Part shown: positions 12,794 to 25,050 of the stretch, one piece after another
Position numbering within the stretch: the first letter of the stretch is position 1
How the letters are laid out: the number at the start of each line of letters is the position of its first letter
Made by a program: the position numbers and the translations under genes
Source of the DNA: Gigantopelta aegis
Taxonomy: Eukaryota
Length of the DNA: 64,000 bases
Direction of reading: 5' to 3'
Assembly (NCBI RefSeq): GCF_016097555.1
Contig: NC_054701.1
Coordinates: forward strand, 67,288,366-67,352,365
Notes under the pieces: generated by a model
Told to the model about the DNA's origin: nothing
The model's input: only the letters and a program-made list of their open reading frames with translations
The model's database searches: none

Positions 12794-13424
12794 CTGTAAT
12801 ATAAAATGAGCAGAACTGAAAACATTAAGAATACAACAAATTAAATATCTCCAATTTAAGAAAAACGTTTCAAATGCACATAAAATGAAACACCTCAAAA
12901 GCAGACCATAAGCAAATGACCCATCTACAGCAACACATTACCTAGAGACCCTGCAAATTTTGCACACCATTATTAACCAGGTTAATACACTAAATTATCA
13001 CATGGGTTTACGACATGGATATCATGGGTAAGTTATGAGATAACAAGTTTTACTAACCTTTCTTTTGAAAAAGGTAAACGATATAGCACACGATTCACAG
13101 GCCATGTCTGTGATCACATGGATGTTGACTGTTTGGCTAATTGTTGCTTTATGGCCTTTGGCCACACCTGCGCCCATTGACAGGCAGTTATCACGCAGTC
13201 ATGAAGTATACAGGAACATGATTGATGAACCTTAAGACAATTCTTCTCTACAGTCAAAAATATGCTGTGATCTCTGTCAATGCACTCACTCTAACACCTG
13301 AAAATACAGTACATAATAAAATTCATGACTGGACATATTTTAATTGTACCTGTATCTTGATATACAGTCAAACCTCAAAGAAAAGAAAGACATAATTTAA
13401 GGATAGTTCAGTGTACATTGTACT

Positions 13425-13560
13425 GTTAACCTCTGGATACAGTAGTCTGTATTTCAGTACTAATTACCGTATATTGGATACAGTAGTCTGTATTTCAGTA
13501 CTAATTACTGTATATTGGATACAGTAGTCTGTATTTCAGTACTAATTACCGTATATTGGC
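13425..13560. repeat. Three tandem copies of a 45-bp unit (GATACAGTAGTCTGTATTTCAGTACTAATTACCGTATATTG)
   Basis: Read directly. Confidence 0.85.
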
Positions 13561-14094
13561 CCTTATAAGTTGAGTCCCTAATTTCAAGTATTGAAAACTT
13601 TTTTTTTTTTTTTAAATTGATCCGTTAAAGTTGACCTGTGACAAAATTACCTACATGTAGATAAATCTTAAAAAAGTATTTATTATTTTCAGCAAATGAG
13701 AATGTTCAATGATTCATGATAACAAAAACGTTTACTTTCCAGATCAAATAATGCAATTACTGTGCACATTTTACAATGTATCAAGAGGTCATGTGATATG
13801 CAGTACAAATAAGTGGGAGGTGGCCATTGGGTGTGTTCTCAATTGAGATAAAGAATGAACATTGTCAGTGACCCAGGAAGTTGATATGTGTTTAAGTGTA
13901 AAGGTACTAAGAGCATATATGCATGATGTACATGTGTATGTAAACATATTTGTTTAAGGTTGGTTACAGCAATCTAACAAAAATGCACAAAAGATTATTA
14001 AGGACATTAGTCAATATATTTTTTTCAGTGTATTACAGAATACACTCATGTCTGTTTTTCATTTCAATTTATTTCCGTGCAAATATCCAATTAC

Positions 14095-14335
14095 GGTTCA
14101 AGCATGCTGTGCTGGGCACACACCTCGGCTATCTGGGCTCTGTCCAGGATAGTGGGTTAGTTGTTAATAGTTAGTGGTTAGTGAGAGAGAAGACGGTGTA
14201 GTGGCCTTACACCTATCCACTGAGTCGTTAAAACTCACTCTGGGTGGGAGCCGGTACTGGGTTGCGAACCCTGTACTTATCAGCCTGTAGTCCGATGACT
14301 TAGCCATGACACCACTGAGGCTGGTTAATTTACTG
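14095..14335 (-). mobile_element. SINE family C (same tRNA-like head as family B, different body ..GTGGGTAGGTGTAAGGCCACTACACC..CTGTCCTGGACAGACAGCCCAGATAGC..)
   Basis: Homologous copies at 38466-38730, 42258-42520 and 30690-30835. Confidence 0.75.
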
Positions 14336-14579
14336 TCTGTTAATTTACCTGTAATTCTTATTGAGGCAACTACTCAATACTGGACAGGTATATTTAGATG
14401 AGGAATTCCAGGAAAATGCGTTTGTAAGATACGGTCACAAAAAACAATATCATAGGCTTCAGAAGGTGCTAGCAACTGGTGAGAGAAGGCAGTTGTATTA
14501 ATTCACCTATCAAGATGCCATATAATGCATACATTCCTGTAATTGTCTTGCTATTTTAACTATTAGCAGACGACAGGCG

Positions 14580-14950
14580 AGTAATATTTGTAGTTACCTA
14601 GTAATAGTAAGCAACACACCGCCATCCCAAGTTGTTCCAACATGTGAGGTTTGATGGTCCTGTATGCATCTGTATGCATCTGTATGCAAGATATGGCCCG
14701 GACAAGGATTTACTGTTATGTGCAGAAGACTGTGAAAAGTAGGTCACAGTGACCTAGTAATAGTACGCAACACACCACCATCCCAAGTTGTTCCTACATG
14801 TGGGGATTGATGGTCCTGTATGAATCTGTATGCAAGATATGGTCAGGACAAGGATTTACTGTTATGTGCAGTTGACCGTGAAAAGTAGGTCAAACTGACC
14901 TAGTAATAGCATACAACACACTGCCATCCCAAGTTGTTCGATTCCCAGTC
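14580..14950. repeat. Tandem repeat of about 2.3 copies, unit 140-160 bp (..CCTAGTAATAGTAAGCAACACACCGCCATCCCAAGTTGTTCC..)
   Basis: Units begin at 14597, 14758 and 14899. A partial copy lies at 16065-16135. Confidence 0.75.
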
Positions 14951-14961
14951 TGCAGCTTGAC

Positions 14962-15099
14962 GCGGTAAGACGTGTTTGTTTCGCTTGTGCACACTGCACA
15001 TGCTTTGGAACTGATTGAACGCTGGAACGCTTCTCGTTTCGACAGTCTACACCACCAGGTTGGATTCTTTTTTAGCGAGATTTCTTGCCTACACGTCAT
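14962..15099 (-). CDS. Putative first coding exon (with ATG) of the RNF34/RFFL-type gene: MTCRQEISLKKNPTWWCRLSKREAFQRSISSKACAVCTSETNTSYR
   Basis: ATG is at plus 15099. ..KACAVC..TNTSYR followed by KLCNDC in the next exon parallels RFFL [20 protein letters not shown]. The W/C-rich N-terminus resembles the palmitoylated MWATCC of CARPs. The donor GTcaag (plus 14960-61) is weak. Phase 0. Confidence 0.5.
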
Positions 15100-18000
15100 T
15101 TCTCCGTCTCTGACTATGTTGACTTGTTTTTTTCGTGACTCGTATGACGGCCATTCTGCAGAATGCCATGGTTGTTCGCATTTAGTCTCTACATGTACGA
15201 GCCTGTCCTAGCAGCACTGGAAGATTGACCGCCCCACTCTAAGACGAAATAGGAAGCGGGGTCGGCCCCTACTACTCTTTTCTAGACTTTACTTTGTTTT
15301 ATTGTGATACCATCTCGTCTCCTCCGGAGACAGGCCCATACGCATCACTATACCAACCCATGACGACTGGACTATACCCTAGTCTGATTACCTCTCTCTT
15401 TCAGACAGATCCGGCTTCTCAAGATCTGTATTTCAGCACAGCACTACACCTTCGACGTCTATTGACTGTCAATCTAGGGGTTTTCTTGACGGGATGCAAC
15501 CCATCTCATCCCTACAAGCTGTGCACCCTAATGGCCTTAACGAGGCCACTCACATGGACATATAGATCGGACTTTAAACTTTAGACCTTCGTTCAAAAGT
15601 TTTTAAAAATATTATTAAATAGTCTGATCCTCTCTTTTTTCGCTTATTTATTTTTGGACTGTCCTTCTAAAATGCTCCAAATTATATAAATATTCGACCG
15701 AGCAGTCAATAAAATAATTCTATTAACTTTTTTACTAATTGCTATTTTCAAAATTCTGCCCATTTTCAACTCTAGCCCCAAACCCTCCATCCCGATTCAG
15801 GCTACCAAATTTATCTAATTTCTTTTTGATCACCTGATCTAATCTAGTGACCGAATTTAATGAGTAGAATTTTCTTTACTAATTATATTAATTAGAGATG
15901 CGCATCAAAATTTTAAAGGCCCACTATTTAATTTTTGGATGTAAATTTCAAAATTGTCCGCTTAATTTTTTTTTGTCCCGGGACAAGCCCCTGGCTATCC
16001 AGAGACAGGCCCCGGGACGGACATGCTCGAAACTCTAGTGGTATATAAGCATGTAAAAATTATTCGCACTCGCATCCAAGTTGTTCCTACATGTAAGGTT
16101 TGATGTTCCTGTATACAAGATATGGTCTGGACAAAAAAAGGTTAACAGATGGACGGACGTATGTACATATACGTACAGACAACGCCATATCATAATACGA
16201 CCCATCATAAACAGGTGTATTAAAAAACACTTATTTCGCACCAAATTTGTCACATGATCAAAACGGTCAATCTGTCTTTTGTGTCCATTAACTCTTGTCT
16301 GATATTTTATCCCCAATTGCAGATTTAATTTGTCATAACTGATGAATTTTACTTACTGTCATTAGTTTATTCAGTAATTCTTTATAAAATATTTTAAACG
16401 TTTAATTGTAAAAAAAAAAAAATGTTTTTTTTGAGGGGTGAGATATCACTGCTTATAAAATAATTTATCTTGGGTGCCAAATAATATATACAGTGCCTAA
16501 ATTACAAAAACGAAACTACTTTTTATCACCTGGCAATATCAATGCAATCGATTCATTTGATGAAGATGGACATAAAACCCCAGAAAAATGTTATCCCACA
16601 GTTAAAATGGTTTAGCAAAATTAATACCTGTGAATATTGGACTGACAATATCTCAGTTTTAACTAACTACATTTTAACTAACAGTACATAAAAGATGAGG
16701 CAGCTTGCACATCGTACAAACATTTCAGTACCAGATACTGAGGGTCAAATTAAATAAGTGATAGGTATTTCCACAAAGTCGACTAACACACAGTAACCAA
16801 ACTCCCGCCCCCTTTTTTTAACTGGTATGGTGGGATGGGTGTGTGTATGTGTGTGTGTGTGTGTGCTACCGCCCTACTTTAATTTTGACCTAGCGAGAAC
16901 ACTGTATACAATTTAATGCCATCCATGGAACAATTTTCATGTTGTATTCACCAAAAACTAGGGGCAACTTCGTCTCAGAAACACCAGGTTCTGTTAAAAG
17001 TTCATTATTCCATTTATAATAAAATTATTTTTATATACAGGGAACATCATATCTGATATTGACAGTTTGTTTTATTGAGTGTTATTGTTTAGAACTAAAC
17101 AAATAATTCAAAATAAAATATGAACTTAGTAGGTATGTCTTAAATTTAAATATATAAGGATTGTCTGTTATTTATTTTACATTCATTGAGGTACTGGGTA
17201 TGAAGAAAAAAAATCATCTGCAAACTTATGAGAGAATGGTTTCGGTGATTCATACAGTTTGCAATGTTTTTGCAATGTAGGCAGTACCCCAATGAATGTA
17301 AACAAAATAACAAACAATCCTTAAATAAAACTGAAACCGAAACTGTAACTCTACTCTTTTTGGAAAACTGAAACCTAAGCCAAATTGCATAACTACAAAA
17401 TAAATGTGCTGTCATGTCAACAGTTATCACTGTGCAGTTTTGTTTTAAATGCCCCATTATAAAATGATAGGGATTTCCAATTTAAGTTGGACGGTTTTCA
17501 AGAACAATACTCACGCTTTGTTTTTAACTTAAACACAATCTGTGTATCATTATTATATTTATACAGATGATGCACCAGTTCCGGATCACCTGTAGTTCGA
17601 TCAGCCTGTCGATATATTAAATGTTTTGTCATTTCTAATATAAATTTCATTAAAAAAAATATTCTAACAAACAAATTATACATGTTTCTTGAAATTATAC
17701 GTAAAAAAACCCTGTAACATACTAACAATATAATCTTGGTTTTGTTTTGGATGCTGATACATAACCACTGTTAAAAATTTACACAAGCAGACGACATGAA
17801 AAAAGAAGACGTTTAAAAAGAGAGATAAACTTTTTTATGTTTTTCTTTTGACATCCTTTGCAATTTTATAGTACCTGTAGGGTAAACATATATAGATTAT
17901 GCATGACAAGTTTTATGAAACTTTTATGACAAACGACTTACTGTAACTCCTCAAAGGGAACACACTTGGTACGCCAGTTGCGGATCACTCACAAAACAGA

Positions 18001-18454
18001 AGTATTTACACTGTAATTGCCGCTAAATGGGGCAATGAATGCAAGACACAAAAATGTGGAACATAGTTTAATTTTTTTCTCCTTCTCCCCCCGTCGCAAC
18101 AATCAGATTGTTGCGACGGAGTGTCACGAAGCGTAGCTGAATGTGGGTGCTGTCGGGTTTCTTTCTGTAGTATGTGTATTATTGATTAATATGTGGATTT
18201 TTTTTTTATCACTTAACTCAAAAATGATTGATGTAAAGGTATTTGACGTCAAACATAGGATTGTTGTGGTATTAGAGCGGGACTCGTTGCCTACCGTTTG
18301 GTAGTCAGGAATTGCCAAAAAAAGACATAGGTTGGTCTCTGACTGTAATGAGAGCGTGTTTATGTCCAAATGTCCGTCTAGCTCTCTTACAGTCAGAGTA
18401 CTCGGGCTAGCATATGATATGCCGCACGGTCAGGTCCCTATATATGTGAATATA

Positions 18455-18590
18455 GGGTATAATATCCGCCCGGTCCCCTCCATTATTATTTTTAGTTAGG
18501 GTTAACGTTTAGGGTTAGGGTTAGGGTTGGGGTTGGGGATTTGGGGTTAGGGGAAGGGGGGACCGGGCGGATATTTTTCTGAATATAGGT
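18455..18590. repeat. Interstitial telomere-like repeat (TTAGGG)3 plus TTGGGG variants, enclosed by an 18-bp inverted repeat (ATATCCGCCCGGTCCCC)
   Basis: ..ATATCCGCCCGGTCCCCTCC..TTTAGGGTTAGGGTTAGGGTTGGGGTTGGGGATTTGGGGTTAGGGGAAGGGGGGACCGGGCGGATAT.. Confidence 0.8.
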
Positions 18591-19780
18591 TTACTGCACC
18601 ACAAATTAAAATTCTACGCGACAAGTCTGTGAGTCGTGTGACATCGGTGATCAATCATTCAATGACATCGAGCAATCACGAAATTATGATACTGTACCGT
18701 GGTGTACGGTATATAATTAATAAATTAAAAAGGATGACAATAAAGATCAACACCTACAAACCACGACATTTAAATTATATAAACAAATGTATGAGCTTTA
18801 TAATCGAAATAAGAACATAGATATTTACCGTTCTGAGAAAATGTGATAACAATTAACAAAAACGTCCCTTCTATTTCCTGTCATTAAGTGTAGTCTTGAT
18901 CACGTATAACTTTTAACCGAAACATTCCGGACAGAGCATTCGGGATAACTCGGCTGATTACGGATTTTAAGAATTCGTGCTTTTTCGGTGACGGTCTTGC
19001 TCGTTTTAGGTGACGTAACATTACATTTTCTTCTACAAGATGTAGTAGTACTTAAAACCTAGGACACGCATCAGCACATTATGGCCAATTTCTATATTTT
19101 AAATTTTGTAAGATGACATTGTCACTAGATAAAAAGATGTCCCAGTCTAGCAACGTGTATAAAGAACCGGTTTATACTACTCAAAACAAGTTACGGGTCA
19201 ATGTTTCCAAGTAGACAATTTTGTTTTAAATATGTATTCTACTTTGACAACAAAGCATTAATTTTACTAATCATTAATAGAGAATAATACATGAGTGGCC
19301 ATTTATCTCACAACCAAATGATACGTTTTATGTCACAGAGTTGTGAGATAAATGCATGGTTACTCATGGTATCAAACGGCCACTCACGTATTATTCAATT
19401 TCTTACATAGTCATACGGTATCCTCAAAAAACAGATTTTAATTTAAGCAAATTTTAACATCTTTTTTGATTAAACATTATTTACAGCCGTAGCTAGCTTA
19501 CCCATCACAGACACATGATTGTCAGGTTAACTGTATATCACAGTGTAATCAATTTCCATTGTTTTTAATTGGATGCATTGCACTGGTGACCAGGTGGCTG
19601 GTCATCACCTAGGAGCAATCAGTCGTATGTTTTGAAGTTGTTAACACATGTACGTGTGTTAACAACTGTGTTATCCAAAATAATGCATGGTGTTCTCACC
19701 AATGGGTGTGTAAGAAACATGAATATTGAGTATTGTTTGGAAAATGTCAGTGCTGATTTGCATGCATCTGTAACACTGAG

Positions 19781-20173
19781 ACCGGCCTCGGTGGTGTCGT
19801 GGTTAGGCCATCGGTCTACAGGCTGGTAGGTACTGGGTTCGGATCCCAGTCGAGGCATGGAATTTTTAATCCAGATACCGACTCCAAACCCTGAGTGAGT
19901 GCTCTACATGGCTCATTGGGTAGGTGTCAACCACTTGCACCGACCAGTGATCCATAACTGGTTCAACAAAGGCCATGGTTTGTGCTATCCTGCCTGTGGG
20001 AAGCGCAAATAAAAGATCCCTTGCTGCTAATCGGAAAGAGTAGCCCATGTAGTGACGACAGCGGGTTTCCTCTCAAAATCTGTGTGGTCCTTAACCATAT
20101 GTCTGACGCCATATAACCGTAAATAAAATGTGTTCAGTGCGTCGTTAAATAAAAACATTTCTTTCTTTCTTTC
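19781..20173 (+). mobile_element. SINE family B (head GGCCTCGGTGGTGTCGTGGTTAGGCCATCGGTCTACAGGCTGGTAGGTACTGGGTTCGGATCCCAGTCGAGGC, family-A-like core, tail B), flanked by an 11-bp TSD
   Basis: TSD tgtaacactga at 19768 and tgtaatactga at 20174. The paralogous duplicate at about 23930 is uninterrupted at this site. Confidence 0.85.
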
Positions 20174-20299
20174 TGTAATACTGAATTAACTGAACATTAT
20201 TGTACTCTAAAAGTTGTTTAGGGTGGGATGTAACCCAATGGTAAAGCACAGTCGTTCTAGGGTCGATTCCTGTAGCCCATTGGGCTATTTCTTATTCTA

Positions 20300-20662
20300 G
20301 CCAGTGCACCCACCCCCATATTTCTGTATGTTTGTTAATTTAATGTCATAGGCCTTAGAAGTGGGGATGGGTGTATGGGGTACTGGCTTCAGACTCTGAA
20401 GATATTGCTTAACCCCATCCCAACCCCACCCCCGCTGAAAAAACTCGAAGTAATATATTAACTGCCCCTACCCCCATCAAGGTTTTGTTATTCCTATTTA
20501 TTCCAGTTTGTACACAATTAGCTGAAAAAGATACATTTTCATATTCATATATAAATACTCTATACAGTACTGCTTAAAACAAATTTGGCTAAAGCATTTT
20601 CAATATGGCTAATAAAAATTCCATTTGGCTAATATTTTGGCTATAGGTATTTTTGATCCAGG
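20300..20662 (-). repeat. Second copy of the 370-bp dispersed repeat, inserted into a SINE family A copy
   Basis: Reverse complement of 2714-3090. Splits the SINE into 20225-20300 and 20662-20830. Confidence 0.7.
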
Positions 20663-21514
20663 GTGAGCCCTGACCACTACTGGTATATCAAAGGCCATAG
20701 TATGTGCTGTTCTGTCTGTGGGATGGTGCATATAAAAAATCCCTTTCTACTATTGGAAAAATATAGTGGGTTTTCTCTAGCCGATCGATGTGCAGTAGTG
20801 GTGTCATTAAAACAAACTTTAACTTTTTAAACTAAAGTTGTTATTACTATTTCAATTGTTCCAATTGCGAGCACTAAACTGGCTGCTGTGCAGCAAAGTT
20901 TGCCTAATAGATGTCAAGAAATGTAACCTGTATCAGCTACAAATATTAACTATGTAACCACAGTATTTTATCAAAACGTGTATACATGTAGAATGATATG
21001 TGTGTGTGGAGGAGGGTGGGGTGGGGTGGGGGCGCATGCACTACAGGGGCCTTTCAACTATTACGTAACCCTCTGTCATGGTGACAATGTTTAATGTAAG
21101 CATATACGTGCAATATATAATGGTTATAAATCAATTTGAAATGTGGGTATGTGCGTGTCTCCAAGCATTTTGTAATATTGGATGGGTGGGTTATGGTATA
21201 GCATTACGGGGGGAGGGAGGGTGTCTAAATTTGACAAAAATAGCATTACAACTTACATAACATTTGAACAGCCCCATAGTGGGAAGGATATAAGAAATTC
21301 ATTCATTACTTTAACTGAACTTTGGTGGCCATTTAGTTGACTGTTAATGACTTTACCAAAAAAATTACATCAAGAAGTCGGAACTGGTTGGATATAACAG
21401 AGATGAAATAACTAGTACAGGTATTTGGAATTCAAAATGTGCTTGAACATGTAATATTATATTTATAATTTACAGAGGAATTGACTGTATATATATGTGG
21501 ACTGCTACCATTAT

Positions 21515-22090
21515 TAATTCAACTTAAAGCTGGACAACACCTACCGGAGTCTTTGACATAGTAACCATGTGACACTTGGTTGAATGGAAAGTAACCAATG
21601 GGGAATTGTTAATCCCAACTTAAGGCTAGACAGCACCTACCAGAGTCTTTAACATAGTAACCATGTGACACTAGGTTGAATGGAAAGTAACCAAAGGGGA
21701 ATTATTAATCCCAAGTTAAAGCTGGACAGCGCCTACCAGAGTCTTTGACATAGTAACCATGTGACATTAGGTTGAATGGAAAATAACCAAAGGGGAATTA
21801 TTAATCCCACGTTAAAGCTGGACAGCACCTACCAGAGTCTTTGACATAGTAACCATGTGACATTAGGTTGAATGGAAAGTAACCAAAGGGGAATTATTAA
21901 TCCCAAGTTAAAGCTGGACAGCACCTACCAGAGTCTTTGACATAGTAACCATGTGACACTAGGTTGAATGGAAAGTAACCAAAGGGGAATTGTTAATTCC
22001 AACTTAAGGCTAGACAGCACCTACCAGTCAGATATTGCAACCATATAACATTAGATTAAATGGAAAATAACCAGAAGAGAATTAATAATC
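21515..22090. repeat. Tandem array, 96-bp unit, about 5.5 copies (AAAGCTGGACAGCACCTACCAGAGTCTTTGACATAGTAACCATGTGACATTAGGTTGAATGGAAAGTAACCAAAGGGGAATTATTAATCCC)
   Basis: Period is 96 bp, measured at 21561, 21657, 21753, 21849 and 21945. A split copy flanks the insertion at 26296-27824. Confidence 0.85.
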
Positions 22091-22739
22091 CCATAATCCA
22101 TCACACCTCAGTGCTGAGCTGAGTACTGCTTCAGTCATGGCTGTTTTATTGAATTTACACAATCACCACTTTGTTTTATGACAGGATGTGCAAACAACAT
22201 TTATGCAAATACATTATGTAATGTAATACATTAATACTATAATAACCAAGTTGTAAACAAAAGGGCTGTGGTAACACATGGTCTGTGCTTTGTCCTTTCT
22301 TTGAGTAACCAGATGACAGATATGTGTTTGTGTAGTTCAGTGATACACTTGTGTAAAGTTGATACTGTCTATGTTTATGTGTCGTTTTTACAAAATAAAA
22401 AGGTGAGATATATAGGTACAGGGTTTGAATTTGTTGGAGGCATCACAGACTGACTGAAACTTTTTTTACATGTCCATATACCACAAAGGTTTTGAACATG
22501 CCTGTCCCGGGCGTAACTTCTGACGTCGCCAGTGACCAAGTCCGGGCCAGCAGGGGGGTGGGAGGGGGAAGTAAGTTTGAGGTGGGTGGAATTTGGTATA
22601 AAAATTTAGAAGTTAGTCAGAAACCTAAGACCAAAAGCAGCTGATTCACTCACTCTATTTATGTCTTGAAAAACTTAAAGTCCAAACATAATTTTGAAAA
22701 AGCTTTGCCAAAAAGGTTTTAAGGGCCATGTATTATTCT

Positions 22740-25050
22740 ATTTCTTACATATCCACAAAAACCAGGTTTTAAGCAAATTTTAACATCTTTTTCGACTAAA
22801 TGTTATTTACAGCTGTAGTTAACTTACACGTCACAGACACATGATTGTCAGGTTAACTATATTTCACAAAAAAAGAAGAAAAGAAATGTTTTATTTAACG
22901 ACGCACTCAACACATTTTATTTACGGTTATATGGCGTCAGACATATGGTTAAGGACCACAGATTTTGAGAGGAAACCCGCTGTCACCACATAGGCTACTC
23001 TTTTATGACAGGCAGCAAGGGATCTTTTATTTGCGCTTCCCACAGGCAGGATAGCACAAACCATGGCCTTTGTTGAACCAGTTATGGATCACTGGTCGGT
23101 GCAAGTGGTTTACACCTACCCATTGAGCCTTGTGGAGCACTCACTCAGGGTTTGGAGTCGGTATCTGGATTAAAACCCCATGCCTCGACTGGGATCCGAA
23201 CCCAGTACCTACCAGCCTGTAGACCGATGGCTAACCACGACGCCACCGAGGCCGGTTTTGTATGTCACAATGTAATCTATTTCCACTGTGTTGTTTTTAA
23301 TTGGATGCATTGCACTGGTGACCTGGTCATCGCCTAGGAGCAATCAGTAGTATGTTTTGAAATTGTTAACACATGTTAACATGTACATGTGTTAACAACT
23401 ATGTGTTACCAAAAATAATGCATGGTGTTCTCACCAACGGGTGTGTAGGGTGTATACTACCAAATCAAATCCCATAGACGACAATAGTAACATATGCGGC
23501 TAAAACTCCTACCTGCAACGTATCAACCGACATAAACGCCACGGATATAAATACTACCACCCCTTACACTTAAAGTGAATCAGAAAAAAATGGGGGTCAA
23601 GCTGCTCGTTTCTGAGATAACGGGTAGCGTCTATGACTACACTAGTTTTACAGGTACCCCATACATGTTTCAAGCACAAGGCTACTTGACACATTGGTAC
23701 TAGATGAAATAAAATTGCACATTTATTTTACCCAGATGAAACTATTATTTTTTACAACCAACACACTCACATTTATAACCAATCACAGGACTTGTGGTGT
23801 TCACTTCTCTATCAAAAGTTCGGTGCACCTCGAACTTTGACCCAGTCGGAACTTATTTGGTATAGTACTACCTGTAAGAAACATGAATATTGAGTATTAT
23901 TTGGAAAATGTCGGTGCTGACTTGCATGCATCTGTAACACTGAATTAACCGAACATTATTGTACTCTAAAAGTTGTTTAGGGTGGGATGTAATCCAGTGT
24001 TAAAGCACTTGCTTGATGTACAGTCGGTCTGGGGTTGGGCTATTTCTCATTCTAGCCAGTGCACCACTACTGGTATATCAAAGGCCATGGTATGTGCTGT
24101 TCTGTCTGTGGGATGGTGCATATAAAAGATACCTTTCTACTATTGGAAAAATATAGTGGGTTTTCTCTAGCCGATCAATGTGCAGTAGTGGTGTCATTAA
24201 AACAAACTTTAACTTTTTAAACTAAAGTTGTTATTACTATTTAAATTCAAATTCAAATTCAAATTGTGAGCACTAAACTGGCTGCTATGCAGCAAAGTTT
24301 GCCTAATAGATGTCAAGAAATTTCAGGGGCATAGGCTGGGGATGTCCGGGGTGTTCGGACGAACACCCCGCTGAAGCAAATGGTCCGCTTTCAGTACTAA
24401 AACATACAGGTTTATAAATATGGAGTTTCGGGTAGTGCAAAAACAAAATAGAAAAAGGTCCACTTTGTTCATATTCGAACCCCCCCAGGTCCAGATCACG
24501 CTACGCCCTTGAATGTAACATGTATCAGCTAAAAATATTAACTATGTCACCTCAGTATTTTATCAGAACATATATACATGTAGAATGATATGTGTGTGGA
24601 GGAGGTGGGGGGGGGGGGGAGGTGCACATACTATAGGATCCATTCAAATATTACGTAACACTGTCATGGCGACAATGTTTAATGTAGACGTATACATGTA
24701 TGCAATATATAATGATTATAAATCGGGAAATTATGGTCTATCATTACAGGGGGGAGGGTAGGTGTCTAAATTTTACAAAAATAGCGTTACGTAAGATTTG
24801 AAGGGCCGCATAGTGGGAAGGATATATAAGAAATTCACTTGCTACTTTAACTGAACTTTGGTGACCATTTAGTGGACTGTTAATGACTTTACCAAAAATA
24901 TTATATCAAGAACCTTTTGGATATAACAGAGGAAATAACTAGTACAGGTATTTGAAATTCAAAATGAGCTTGAACATGTCATATAATTTACCGAGGTATT
25001 GGTTATGTACATATGGACTGCTTCCATTATTAATGCTTAACAACTTAAAG
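22740..25050. repeat. Segmental duplication, copy B. It carries extra insertions at 23446-23880 and 24320-24520.
   Basis: As above. Confidence 0.75.
22868..23256 (-). mobile_element. SINE family B
   Basis: Full-length reverse copy. It sits at a different position in duplicate B than the family-B copy in duplicate A. Confidence 0.85.

Larger units (their letters stand above)
19440..21540. repeat. Segmental duplication, copy A (paralogue 22740-25050)
   Basis: Long collinear similarity. The two copies differ by independent SINE and other insertions. Confidence 0.75.

Noticed and set aside
15100-15300. Possible promoter of the RNF34/RFFL-type gene upstream of its ATG exon on the minus strand
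   Set aside because: The GC content is somewhat higher there. I cannot identify a TATA box, Inr or CpG island confidently from sequence alone, so it is not called.
19786-19860. tRNA-like sequence with acceptor-stem pairing and a GGTTCGGATCC T-arm (also at 44057 and 57139)
   Set aside because: Every instance continues directly into the SINE body with TSDs around the whole unit. These are SINE heads, not free-standing tRNA genes. The anticodon arm is not convincingly foldable by eye.
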